The notes below the pieces were generated by a model that was not told the origin of the DNA, did no database searches, and saw nothing but the letters and a program-made list of their open reading frames with translations. DNA of 64,000 nt from a bacterium (GTDB lineage: Bacteria; Patescibacteriota; Minisyncoccia; Phycocordibacterales; UBA9973): positions 207,157 through 271,156 of the forward strand of contig JBAWZD010000002.1 in assembly GCA_037143195.1 (NCBI GenBank). Reading direction: 5' to 3'. This document shows, piece after piece, positions 1 through 8,485 of the stretch. Position 1 is the first letter of the stretch, and the number at the start of each line of letters is the position of its first letter. Made by a program: the position numbers and the translations under genes.

Positions 1-229
1 TGGCAGCAAAACAGCGAGACAGACCGAGAGGCTTATTTCTCAAGGTTGTTTAGAAATGTCGGTTCGAGACCGAGTCGGTTCAAATTTTGCAGAAACCGCA
101 AAATATTTTTTGGTAGCAACATATTTTCTCGAATTTCAAAAGTTTGAGTTCAGGGCGGGTCAATACATATTCTTTGGTAACCAGTGGAAGTGCCTAATAA
201 ATGGGATTTATAGTATAATCATTGAACAT

Positions 230-373
230 ATGTCAGTTTCTGAAGAAGAGCAGGATAATCTGAATCTCGAAGAATTGCGTCACGATTTTGATCGTGAATT
301 TGCCGAGTTTATTCAGATACTTACAGAGGAAGAGAAAAAGATTAATAACATTTTAGAAAAGATGCTGCCCTAA
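230..373 (+). CDS. small acidic hypothetical protein (47 aa)
   Basis: In-frame ATG at 230 of ORF 56..373, with TATAAT at 214-219; stop is 1 nt before the next ATG. Confidence 0.45.
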   Translation: MSVSEEEQDNLNLEELRHDFDREFAEFIQILTEEEKKINNILEKMLP

Positions 374-374
374 T

Positions 375-1463
375 ATGGAAAATTTCTTTAATTCATCTCC
401 AAGTAAAAAGGAAGAAGCGGGACCGAACGAACAGGAGCCTTTCCGTGATTTTGAACTCCATTCTAGAGAAAATCTCATTGTAGCGGACTCTCTCTTGTCT
501 AAATCCGAATTACTTGAACAAAGAAGTATAAACCTTAATGAGCTTAATCAAAAAGAAAAAGATGAAGTTAAAAGCAGTTTTAGAAAAATTAAGAATGCTG
601 GAAGAAAGCTTAGCAGGATCGTTTTGACCCGTGTGCTACCGGCCTATATGCTCTACTATGGGGGAGTGAATGTTACCGAGAAAAAAGATGGTACTTTCGC
701 AGAGAAAGAACGTGCAAAAACTGAGCTTGCAAAAGATGGTGTTACCTCGGAACAGAAATCTAATTATAAGATTGGGCTTAGCGAGATGGTCTACCGTGGG
801 ATTACCCCACTCATGTATTCGGAGGACGATCCGATGACCTATCTCAAAATTTTTCCGCATATGATAGCGGGACGTGAACACGATAGGATTCCTATGGTAC
901 CCGGGGAACCTGACGTGGAAATGCACTCGCCTTCTTCAGAGGATGCCTGGAGGATGTATCTTGGCCTTGCTCAGAAAAATCATACTTTTGGGATTTCGGA
1001 TTACAAGCCGGAGCATGCGAAAGATGACAAATACTACTACAGAGTAGAGAAATTCCAAGTCGCCTTCAAGCATTTCTTGAGAGAGTACTATGATAACACC
1101 GGCCCAATTACTTTCGATACCCCTGAAGGAGTCAAACTTCTGACGTTCGCGAAGAGGTTGAATGCTGAAGGGGGCTCGAAAGTGATGAATGGGGCGTCAG
1201 GATTCATTGAGTGGAAGCAAGAAGGCAATCTGGTCGATCTTTCGACAGAGCAGGATGTAGGTTATATGCTCGGACATTTTACTATTTCATGTGGTCAAGA
1301 CGAAAAAGGGACATATATTTCATACTATGATCTCTGGGATTTGGCGAGCCCGACGGAGGAGAGCAAGCTAACAGCTATCGGTAGGCCATTCGAGATCTAC
1401 GACCGCTTGTACTATGATTCTCAGACTGGGAAGCTGATTGAGCCCCACTCGGACTCGAACTAA
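375..1463 (+). CDS. hypothetical protein, one possible TM segment
   Basis: 362-aa ORF; charged N-terminus, hydrophobic stretch IVLTRVLPAYMLYYGG; C-terminal YISYYDLWDL..GRPFEIYDRLYY motif of unknown function. Confidence 0.8.
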   Translation: MENFFNSSPSKKEEAGPNEQEPFRDFELHSRENLIVADSLLSKSELLEQRSINLNELNQKEKDEVKSSFRKIKNAGRKLSRIVLTRVLPAYMLYYGGVNVTEKKDGTFAEKERAKTELAKDGVTSEQKSNYKIGLSEMVYRGITPLMYSEDDPMTYLKIFPHMIAGREHDRIPMVPGEPDVEMHSPSSEDAWRMYLGLAQKNHTFGISDYKPEHAKDDKYYYRVEKFQVAFKHFLREYYDNTGPITFDTPEGVKLLTFAKRLNAEGGSKVMNGASGFIEWKQEGNLVDLSTEQDVGYMLGHFTISCGQDEKGTYISYYDLWDLASPTEESKLTAIGRPFEIYDRLYYDSQTGKLIEPHSDSN

Positions 1464-1520
1464 GAATTTTAGAGAAATTAAAAACTAAAATCTATATATG
1501 ACAAGACATTTTTAGAAAAA

Positions 1521-1543
1521 GTTCGAGTCGCAATGCGGCAGCA
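1521..1543 (+). repeat. degenerate tRNA 3'-end-like copy (T-loop to discriminator), att-like
   Basis: GTTCGAGTC-N7-GGCAGCA has tRNA position 53-74 spacing; related copies at 62-84 and 2917-2939; this copy and 2917-2939 are both followed by A(C/T)TTAGTTTT. Confidence 0.5.
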
Positions 1544-1562
1544 ACTTAGTTTTAAAATGAAA

Positions 1563-1593
1563 AGAACTTACGAATGTTCTTTTCGTAAGTTCT
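1563..1593. terminator. hairpin between convergent genes
   Basis: Perfect 12-bp IR AGAACTTACGAA/TTCGTAAGTTCT. Confidence 0.6.
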
Positions 1594-1645
1594 GTAACTT
1601 TGTTTTTCTAAATTGAAATAATGAGATACCCCACCACTTTACAAC

Positions 1646-1978
1646 TTAGTAGAAATCAGGAGGGAAAAGAACTCCCATCCTAACAGGAATGATGGAGTCA
1701 TACTCACTGTCAATCTCTGAATTATCTACCAACTGCACATTGGTTACGAGTATTTTATCAATGACCCCTTTCATCGTTTCGGAGGTGAACACTGGAAGGT
1801 GTCCTTTGAGTAAGAAGTTGTATTCATTCCTCTCAATGTCACTGACCAAGGTCTCAATTTTTGGCGCTGTCTGGGTCACGATTTCAATAATTCCGTTCAA
1901 TGTAACGGGAATTTTTTTGTCATCACCTTTAACAATGTAAATTCCGTTTCCAGAAAAAAAGAATGTGTACTTTCTCAT
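1646..1978 (-). CDS. orphan hypothetical protein (110 aa)
   Basis: Likely start MRKYTFF at 1978 within ORF 1646..2128; the upstream part of that ORF overlaps promoter and hairpin leader. Confidence 0.6.
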   Translation of the reverse strand: MRKYTFFFSGNGIYIVKGDDKKIPVTLNGIIEIVTQTAPKIETLVSDIERNEYNFLLKGHLPVFTSETMKGVIDKILVTNVQLVDNSEIDSEYDSIIPVRMGVLFPPDFY

Positions 1979-2118
1979 AATAAGTCTGTTTGTGCCTACT
2001 CTAAAACGGTTTTCGGCTACCCCTTTTGTTAACCCAACCCAGTACCGCGTACCGAACTCGGTTAACAAAAGGGCAGACACTATTTTGCTTGAAAAAGCAC
2101 GTATCCTACCTTCTATAT

Positions 2119-2148
2119 AGTATAGCATATAATATATCTATATGTCAA
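2119..2148 (-). promoter_or_regulatory. sigma70 promoter of the 1646-1978 orphan
   Basis: Minus strand TTGACA-N18-TATACT with TG extension. Confidence 0.7.
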
Positions 2149-2192
2149 TAGTAGAAATACCTTTAATTCAAAGGGTCTTTTGATCAAAAAAC

Positions 2193-2223
2193 GTTCCAAC
2201 ATCGTCCCAGACGGCCAGCTAGC
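2193..2223 (+). repeat. island repeat, attR-like, copy 1
   Basis: GTTCCAACATCGTCCCAGACGGCCAGCTAGC; 28/31 identical to 5738-5768. Confidence 0.75.
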
Positions 2224-2288
2224 TTGAGATAGGTTCGGAGTTCGAGGTACTTCGGACCTTCTTGTGAATGCGTGATATAATAAATATT

Positions 2289-2840
2289 ATGGAATTTAAT
2301 CCCCTTGAGTACCCAAAACCAGATTTAGCTTCTTCGCAGAAGGAAAATTCTGTTCCAGAGAATTGGCGGGAAGTGCTTGAAGATAAGATGTTTTATGCTC
2401 ATGAGAATGCGGTTCCCTTGGTGATATTACAAAAACCGGAAGATCAGCTCACAGAGGCGGAGAAAAAGCTCTGGGAAAAAGCCTCTATTCGCGTTAAGAC
2501 CCTAGCTGAATACCAGGCCTTGCAGGCAATGCTTCTCCGCAAACAGGAGCATATCGATGACGATATCGCTCACGAAAACGCTCATGCGAACAAAGCTGAG
2601 TCGCTCGGAATGAATTTCCATGGATATAAAGTCATAGTCGGTTATCGACGCAATGGACTTAGTAAGGAATATTTCTATCTTAATTCCGTCGAAATTTCTA
2701 CACCGAATGAATGGTCAGCTGAAAACGACGCCGATGCTTTTAAGCAGGTACTCTTAGCTCCAGACGAAAATGGTGCCAGTGTCTCTTCGGGCTTGGATCA
2801 CAAAATGCTGGATAAGTTGAATCGTGGGGAGTCGCTATAA
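2289..2840 (+). CDS. hypothetical protein with HExxH motif
   Basis: IAHENAHA zincin-like motif; TGATATAAT just upstream of ATG 2289. Confidence 0.7.
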   Translation: MEFNPLEYPKPDLASSQKENSVPENWREVLEDKMFYAHENAVPLVILQKPEDQLTEAEKKLWEKASIRVKTLAEYQALQAMLLRKQEHIDDDIAHENAHANKAESLGMNFHGYKVIVGYRRNGLSKEYFYLNSVEISTPNEWSAENDADAFKQVLLAPDENGASVSSGLDHKMLDKLNRGESL

Positions 2841-2916
2841 AAGTGAGTGTCCGAAGTGTGTGAAAAAACTTAAGAAAAAGACAATTGAAAAAGCTTGTGA
2901 GGTAAGGTATGGAAGT

Positions 2917-2939
2917 ATCCGAGACCAAGTTGGTCAGCA
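2917..2939 (+). repeat. degenerate tRNA 3'-end-like copy
   Basis: ATCCGAGACCAAGTTGGTCAGCA aligns without gaps to 1521-1543 and shares the downstream 10 nt. Confidence 0.4.
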
Positions 2940-3176
2940 ATTTAGTTTTTGGCACCAAGTGACCATCAATCCTTGTTGCAAAACAAAAGCTCGTTTGGAA
3001 AAATGCATTTAGTTTAGAACTTTTACCTAGACGGGTCAAAAGTGCTTTTTGTATATTTCTCGACGTGGAATTGGTTCGAGAACAGGAGGGTTTTTGTAAA
3101 TAGTAAATAAAAAACCCACCGCATTACCGATAGGTTTTTTACGATGGGTTTAAAAATTTCGCACAAAATAAATAAT

Positions 3177-3860
3177 TTACACTTCCACTAATTCTTTCTC
3201 CAAAACCATGTCCGGCAAAGCGCAGAAAATGTAGTCGGTTCTGGAAGGGTTAGTGTGGGGGTACGGCTGATCTTTCTTTTCCCCAATCACCGTCCAAGGC
3301 TCTCCCTTAACATTGAATTTTCCGCTTCTTAGTTCGCTGATTCCAACACCATCAGGCATCTCCGTGCCGTCAAAGTCATTCTGCGGCACCCGGTACGTCA
3401 CATACATGGAATCAACGCCTTCAGACTTCAGCGATTCGCGCAAAATGTAATACAGGTCGTGCCCGAGCTTGTCTATTAATTTTTTAGGCACTTTCACGGG
3501 AACATCGCTCAGCATGTCAGGATAGATACTGAAAAAAAGCTTGCCTCTTTTACTTGCCGGGTCCATAGAAAGCATTGCCAGCATAAGATAGTCGGGGGCA
3601 ATATCTACTATCCGGGAGTAATCCTTGTACTTTTTTGTCACGTCTTCAGGGTCAGTGAAGTACACCGCGTCATTGAGAATACGGACATCCTCACTTATCG
3701 CGGGAACAAACAGTTGCATTGCTTCAAACAAGGAAAGCTTGTAGTAGCCTCCCGGGGTGCCGCATTTTTCCAGTTTTAATTGCGGGTTATCCGCAATGAA
3801 TTCCTCGCCCGCAGGCGTCAACTTGAACCAGACATTCTGGTGGATTGTTATTTTGAACAT
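3177..3860 (-). CDS. orphan hypothetical protein
   Basis: ORF 3177..4019; likely start MFKITIH at 3860 (or 3890) after an A-rich leader; minus-strand TTGACA at 3912-3917. Confidence 0.7.
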   Translation of the reverse strand: MFKITIHQNVWFKLTPAGEEFIADNPQLKLEKCGTPGGYYKLSLFEAMQLFVPAISEDVRILNDAVYFTDPEDVTKKYKDYSRIVDIAPDYLMLAMLSMDPASKRGKLFFSIYPDMLSDVPVKVPKKLIDKLGHDLYYILRESLKSEGVDSMYVTYRVPQNDFDGTEMPDGVGISELRSGKFNVKGEPWTVIGEKKDQPYPHTNPSRTDYIFCALPDMVLEKELVEV

Positions 3861-4126
3861 AGAATTGGTTTTTTTAAAAATTTTGCTCATACTGACAATA
3901 AAATAGGGATATGTCAAACAATTATATGTTGAGAAACCCTCTGAGATTAGAACCAAACAAGAAAACCATATTCTAAAGGATAGGATAGACAGTGACATTC
4001 CGAGACCACCAGCCAACATGAGCGACCAGAGGGAGGCATCGTTGTGCTTAGGTTACTTGTCTTTTTATAAAAATATGTTATAGTTATATCCATAAAACAT
4101 TTCTTTTCATAATTAAAAACAGAAAA

Positions 4127-4861
4127 ATGGGCAAGTTGAAAACTCTAGTATCCGAAGCATTGAATCCCCGCCAGTATGATCATCCAGACATGGCCTGGGA
4201 TAATGAAAGCGCTCCAACATCAGCGCACGTTGCATTCTTTTGGGAGCATTTGTCCCCGCACATACAGTCATGGAAAGGAAAGACTGTATTTGAGATAGGG
4301 TCGGGCACAGGCTGGCTTCTTGACCGTTTGCCCCAGTACGGCGTAGCCAATGCGATGGGATGTGAGCCGTCAAAGAAAAACTGTGAAGAAGCCAAGCGTT
4401 TGTATCCTACCGTCGTCTTGGCGCAAAAAACCTTCGAGTCGTGGAAGGTTCGTGACGGGAAGTTTGACCGCATTTTGGCTGTGATGTCGTTTCATCACAT
4501 ACGGGACTTGTTCCACGCTTTTTACAAAATCAAGACGATGCTTGAGAGAGGTGGTGAAGCTGTAATTGTGGTTCCTGATTACGACTATTCCAGGCAGGAA
4601 AGACACGGGTACGTCATCAATGTATGCGACATAGATGAGCGATCCTACGTTGTTGAAGTTACGCGGGAAACGGGCACTATCGCAGACTATGTTGCGAAGA
4701 CAGAGTTGTATGCCGAAACTGCGAAAGATGCAGGCCTTCAGCTTCTGGAAGATTTTTCTATGATGCCCACTGAAAGGCAGATAGAACTGCGGCCTACCTA
4801 TGAGCAATTCAGGAATGTTCCGATTACTCGGCTGCTCAGGTTCGGCTTAATCGAGAAGTAG
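4127..4861 (+). CDS. class I SAM-dependent methyltransferase
   Basis: Motif I VFEIGSGTG, GCEPS, FDRILAVMSFHHI. Confidence 0.9.
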   Translation: MGKLKTLVSEALNPRQYDHPDMAWDNESAPTSAHVAFFWEHLSPHIQSWKGKTVFEIGSGTGWLLDRLPQYGVANAMGCEPSKKNCEEAKRLYPTVVLAQKTFESWKVRDGKFDRILAVMSFHHIRDLFHAFYKIKTMLERGGEAVIVVPDYDYSRQERHGYVINVCDIDERSYVVEVTRETGTIADYVAKTELYAETAKDAGLQLLEDFSMMPTERQIELRPTYEQFRNVPITRLLRFGLIEK

Positions 4862-4920
4862 GGGAAAAGAATGCGGGTAGACAAAAGATTTTATTACAGA
4901 GTTGCTTTTGTCACATTACA

Positions 4921-4954
4921 AAAGGGCTGATTACGTAAAAGTAATCAGCCCTTT
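4921..4954. terminator. intrinsic terminator-like hairpin
   Basis: Perfect 14-bp IR AAAGGGCTGATTAC/GTAATCAGCCCTTT downstream of the methyltransferase. Confidence 0.65.
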
Positions 4955-5029
4955 GCTAGTTCTTTTCAGGCTTGTATATTTTTCCGCTCGATACTAAAGT
5001 TCAAACAAATCCACCTATGGAGATTAAGA

Positions 5030-5055
5030 TTCCAACATAGTCCCATACGCTCAGC
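5030..5055 (+). repeat. island repeat, attR-like, copy 2
   Basis: TTCCAACATAGTCCCATACGCTCAGC; 22/26 identical to 2194-2219. Confidence 0.65.
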
Positions 5056-5067
5056 CCGTAAAAATAA

Positions 5068-5118
5068 AAATCGCCAACTCTGACTTAGCAATTTTTATTG
5101 CTAGGGAGTTGGCGATTT
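5068..5118 (-). terminator. terminator of the lipoprotein gene
   Basis: 13-bp IR AAATCGCCAACTC/GAGTTGGCGATTT with inner stem and minus-strand U-tract. Confidence 0.6.
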
Positions 5119-5130
5119 GGAATGATTCTC

Positions 5131-5556
5131 TTAAACTTTTTTCTTGTAGACATACACGTCTACAAAGTAGGTTATTTTACCTGGATTTGAAGACGGGAGG
5201 GTCCCGTCTTCATTGCCGCACGTGAGAAAGTACCCGTGCGGCGGGTTGAAAATAACATTTTTCACCGACTTTTTTCCTAATGGATATGGCATTGGCCATA
5301 TCGTGCTGTCTATGATATAGCCAGATATCCTGAAGCTATCTGCCTGGGCGACAGCGATAGCTACATCAACGGGAAACTCTCTTTCGAGGAGATAATAACT
5401 CCCCGTCTTAACCCAGTCGGTGGAGTCGGTTGTTAGATTATAACCACCGAATCTCTGCAGATCTTGCAGGTTTTCAGTTGGTTCCGGGGATGCTTGTTTT
5501 GTGCAACCCATGGCAATAAAGGCGGCAAGTAAGCCGTAAGAGATAGTTCTTTTCAT
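5131..5556 (-). CDS. putative lipoprotein, orphan
   Basis: MKRTISYGLLAAFIAMG-C signal peptide with lipobox-like Cys; start at 5556. Confidence 0.7.
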   Translation of the reverse strand: MKRTISYGLLAAFIAMGCTKQASPEPTENLQDLQRFGGYNLTTDSTDWVKTGSYYLLEREFPVDVAIAVAQADSFRISGYIIDSTIWPMPYPLGKKSVKNVIFNPPHGYFLTCGNEDGTLPSSNPGKITYFVDVYVYKKKV

Positions 5557-5673
5557 ACTTAGTTTGTTGTTTAAATGTGAGATGTTGTTTAAATCCCGCA
5601 AGAGCCAATGAAGCTCCTCTGGGATTTAAACAATACCAACAACAAATCATTTTCAAGGGCCTGATTTTTATAT

Positions 5674-5702
5674 ATTATACTCCTTACATCGATTATTGTC
5701 AA
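5674..5702 (-). promoter_or_regulatory. consensus sigma70 promoter
   Basis: Minus strand TTGACA-N17-TATAAT. Confidence 0.8.
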
Positions 5703-5737
5703 TAGCTCGGGGTCGCACGTAAAGTTCAGAAAAGAAT

Positions 5738-5768
5738 GTTTCAACATCGTCCTAGACGGTCAGCTAGC
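5738..5768 (+). repeat. island repeat, attR-like, copy 3
   Basis: GTTTCAACATCGTCCTAGACGGTCAGCTAGC. Confidence 0.75.
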
Positions 5769-5786
5769 GTTTTTAGCCTAAAACAG

Positions 5787-5819
5787 AAATTGCTAAAACA
5801 ATTTCTGTTTTAGCAATTT
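5787..5819 (-). terminator. terminator-like hairpin
   Basis: 14-bp IR AAATTGCTAAAACA/TGTTTTAGCAATTT downstream of the 5850 gene. Confidence 0.55.
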
Positions 5820-5849
5820 GAATAAATTTAATTTGGTTACTTTTTCGTG

Positions 5850-6539
5850 TTATAAGAATAACTTACACATAGCGATGGTAACCGATGAAATGCAGACGAT
5901 GTTTATCCCTAGATTGTAAATCTGTGACGACAGACTTTTGCTCTTGATTCTAAAAATCAGGACGTACAAATTTCCAGCAATGAAGGGAATCAGCAACGGG
6001 TGTCCTTTGTGAAGTATCACAATTGCTGCAATCATTATACAGAATGCCGCGATTATAATTAGCCTCACCGTTAGGATTGTATTAAATAAGCTTGTGTGTA
6101 AAGAATCGCTTATTTTCCTTCGGCTCAGTTCCCACCACAGATACGGCCCGGTAATACTGATCATCCCCAATAAGGTGTATCCGGCATACCAGCCGGTGTC
6201 GGTGTGGATGTCTCCCCACCATGTTGTCTTGATCACTTCTTCCCATAAATAACGGGTAGAGTCGAGATACACGTATCGTGCAACTCCCATTCGGCCTGAG
6301 TACATTGTTGCATCAATTGTTGGCAATATGGCCGTAGCGAGCCAGCAAAGTGGTGCCATCAGCATCAGGGTCAGCAGTGTATTTTTTATCGTCGGATATT
6401 TCCATATCCAGTCAATTACACGCTTTTTCTTTCCCAGGGTTTCTGGGTCATTATTCAAGAGGGTGCACCCATACGCGTAGGCGATGCATGCCTGTGTCAT
6501 TACGATCGCAACCAGTGCGATAAAAATTGTCTGATTCAT
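5850..6539 (-). CDS. orphan polytopic membrane protein
   Basis: About 6 hydrophobic segments; likely start MNQTIF at 6539. Confidence 0.75.
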   Translation of the reverse strand: MNQTIFIALVAIVMTQACIAYAYGCTLLNNDPETLGKKKRVIDWIWKYPTIKNTLLTLMLMAPLCWLATAILPTIDATMYSGRMGVARYVYLDSTRYLWEEVIKTTWWGDIHTDTGWYAGYTLLGMISITGPYLWWELSRRKISDSLHTSLFNTILTVRLIIIAAFCIMIAAIVILHKGHPLLIPFIAGNLYVLIFRIKSKSLSSQIYNLGINIVCISSVTIAMCKLFL

Positions 6540-6660
6540 ATTTGTCGTTTTTGTTTTGTGGCGTAAAGCCGGTTTGAGTTGGTTGCCCCAAGGGCCATAA
6601 AGCCTCTCGGGCAACCAATTCAAACCAAAACGACGTTAATTTCAAAGACTATTAATTTGT

Positions 6661-6690
6661 ATTATATCATATAATATGTCTATATGTCAA
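6661..6690 (-). promoter_or_regulatory. sigma70 promoter, homologous to 2119-2148
   Basis: TTGACA-N18-TATAAT with TG extension; 6668-6743 aligns with 2126-2202. Confidence 0.75.
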
Positions 6691-6733
6691 TAGCTGAAAT
6701 ACCCCTTAAGATATAGCTTTTTAAGCAAAAAAA

Positions 6734-6759
6734 GTTCCAACATTGTCTTACTGTGGCAG
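6734..6759 (+). repeat. island repeat, attR-like, copy 4 (probable right island edge)
   Basis: GTTCCAACATTGTCTTACTGTGGCAG. Confidence 0.6.
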
Positions 6760-6908
6760 AAAAGCCGATGAATATGTGTGGCGAGATTATGGTTGCCACG
6801 GTAAAAGACCCGTGGAAAAATCTGATTGGCCTCATCTATCCCGTTTGACGAAATGGGAGGTTGCCGTTACTATTGTGCCATGACATATAATCCGATATAC
6901 ATTTTTGT

Positions 6909-8030
6909 ATGATAAACACTATTGGCATTATCGGTGGAGGCCAGCTTGGCAGAATGCTTACAGATGCGGCTCATCGTCTCGGTTTTAAAGTACTTATTCT
7001 TGATCCTGAGCCCAATTCTCCTGCCGGACAAGTCGCAGATGGACAAGTCGTAGGAGATTATAAAGACGAAAAAACAATTCTTGAGTTTTCAAAATCAGTT
7101 GACGTTATTACCTACGATATTGAAGGAGTGAGTGATCACGCTTTAGAATTACTTGAGCAGAGTGGATTTCAGGTTCATCCAACATCGAAAACACTTTCGA
7201 TTATTCGAGATAAGTTCACACAAAAAAAACTTCTGAATTCGGTCGGCATCCCCGTTGCAGATTTTATGGAAGTATCGACACCAGCTGATGCAGAGAGAGC
7301 AGGTGAGACATTCGGCTACCCATATATCCTCAAGGCTCGTACGGGAGGATTTGATGGAAGAGGTAATGCGAAAATACATTCACCGAGCGATATTGAACCT
7401 ATGTTTAGGGTGCTTGGCACAAATCTCTGCGCAGAAAAATTTATTCCTTTTGACAGGGAACTTGCAATTGTTGCGGCGAGAACGGTGCAAGGGGAGATTG
7501 CCGTTTTTCCTCTCGTGGAGACTGTCCACGAAGATCATATTTGTAAAATGACATTCACTCCGGCAAACGCGACGAATACTATTCGTGAAAAGGCGTCGTT
7601 GATTGCACAAAAAGTACTTGCTGCTTTTCTAGGTGCGGGTGTTTTTGCAATAGAATTGTTTTTGGTGGGGGATGATCTTCTTGTGAATGAGATTGCTCCT
7701 CGGGTGCACAACAGCGGACATTTTTCTATCGAGGCGTGTGTGACATCACAGTTTGAGCAGCACATACGAGCCATAACGGGGATGCCACTTGGTCCATCAG
7801 AAATGAAAGTTCCGTGTGCTGTCATGGTGAATATCCTTGGTACGCGTGATGGGATTTCGGAACCACGTGGCGTCGAAGAGGCGGAAAAAATTCCTGGTGT
7901 AACGGTGCATATCTATGGTAAATTACAGGTACAAAAAAAGCGAAAAATGGGACATATCACGGCAGTAGCAAGTACGAGAGAAGAAGCACAGCGGAACACA
8001 GAGAAAGCATTAGCGGCTATTACACTATGA
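6909..8030 (+). CDS. purK: N5-carboxyaminoimidazole ribonucleotide synthase
   Basis: IGIIGGGQLGRML, GGFDGRGN, NEIAPRVHNSGH, RKMGHIT. Confidence 0.97.
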   Translation: MINTIGIIGGGQLGRMLTDAAHRLGFKVLILDPEPNSPAGQVADGQVVGDYKDEKTILEFSKSVDVITYDIEGVSDHALELLEQSGFQVHPTSKTLSIIRDKFTQKKLLNSVGIPVADFMEVSTPADAERAGETFGYPYILKARTGGFDGRGNAKIHSPSDIEPMFRVLGTNLCAEKFIPFDRELAIVAARTVQGEIAVFPLVETVHEDHICKMTFTPANATNTIREKASLIAQKVLAAFLGAGVFAIELFLVGDDLLVNEIAPRVHNSGHFSIEACVTSQFEQHIRAITGMPLGPSEMKVPCAVMVNILGTRDGISEPRGVEEAEKIPGVTVHIYGKLQVQKKRKMGHITAVASTREEAQRNTEKALAAITL

Positions 8031-8485
8031 GTAAAAGCAATCCAATCGTTGGAATTATTATGGGATCAGATTCAGACCTGCCAGTCATGAGTGGGGCAGT
8101 TGCAGTGCTCGAACAATTTGGCATCGAATACGAAGTATTAATCGTATCCGCCCATCGAACACCTGACTACATGTTTACGTATTCCAAAACTGCTTCGGAA
8201 AGAGGATTACAGATAATCATCGCTGGTGCTGGAGGCTCGGCTCACTTGCCTGGCATGTGCGCTTCGCTCACGTCTCTTCCTGTCATCGGTGTTCCTGTTC
8301 AGTCAAAAAATATGGACGGAATTGATTCTCTTCTTTCAATAGTCCAAATGCCACCTGGAGTCCCTGTTGCGACTGTCGGTATTGGTGATGCACAGAGTGC
8401 GGGGATTCTCGCAGTTGAAATGCTCGCACTCTCACGCGACGCGCTTACGACACAACTGAAACAGTATAAAAAATTACCCAATTAG
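8027..8485 (+). CDS. purE: N5-carboxyaminoimidazole ribonucleotide mutase
   Basis: IMGSDSD, SAHRTP, AGAGGSAHLPGM, QMPPGVPVATV; 4-nt overlap with purK. Confidence 0.97.
   Translation: MSKSNPIVGIIMGSDSDLPVMSGAVAVLEQFGIEYEVLIVSAHRTPDYMFTYSKTASERGLQIIIAGAGGSAHLPGMCASLTSLPVIGVPVQSKNMDGIDSLLSIVQMPPGVPVATVGIGDAQSAGILAVEMLALSRDALTTQLKQYKKLPN

Noticed and set aside
61-84. Intact tRNA gene at GGTTCGAG motifs (also 2233-2250 and 3073)
   Set aside because: No D-arm, anticodon arm or acceptor pairing could be built upstream; treated as fragments only.
2824-3012. 62-aa Cys-containing ORF
   Set aside because: Overlaps the previous stop and an att-like repeat; no recognisable motif; probably spurious.
1-6760. 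Integron attC array or CRISPR array as the explanation of the island repeats
   Set aside because: No paired RYYYAAC/GTTRRRY boxes forming attC hairpins, no intI, no regular spacer period and no cas genes.
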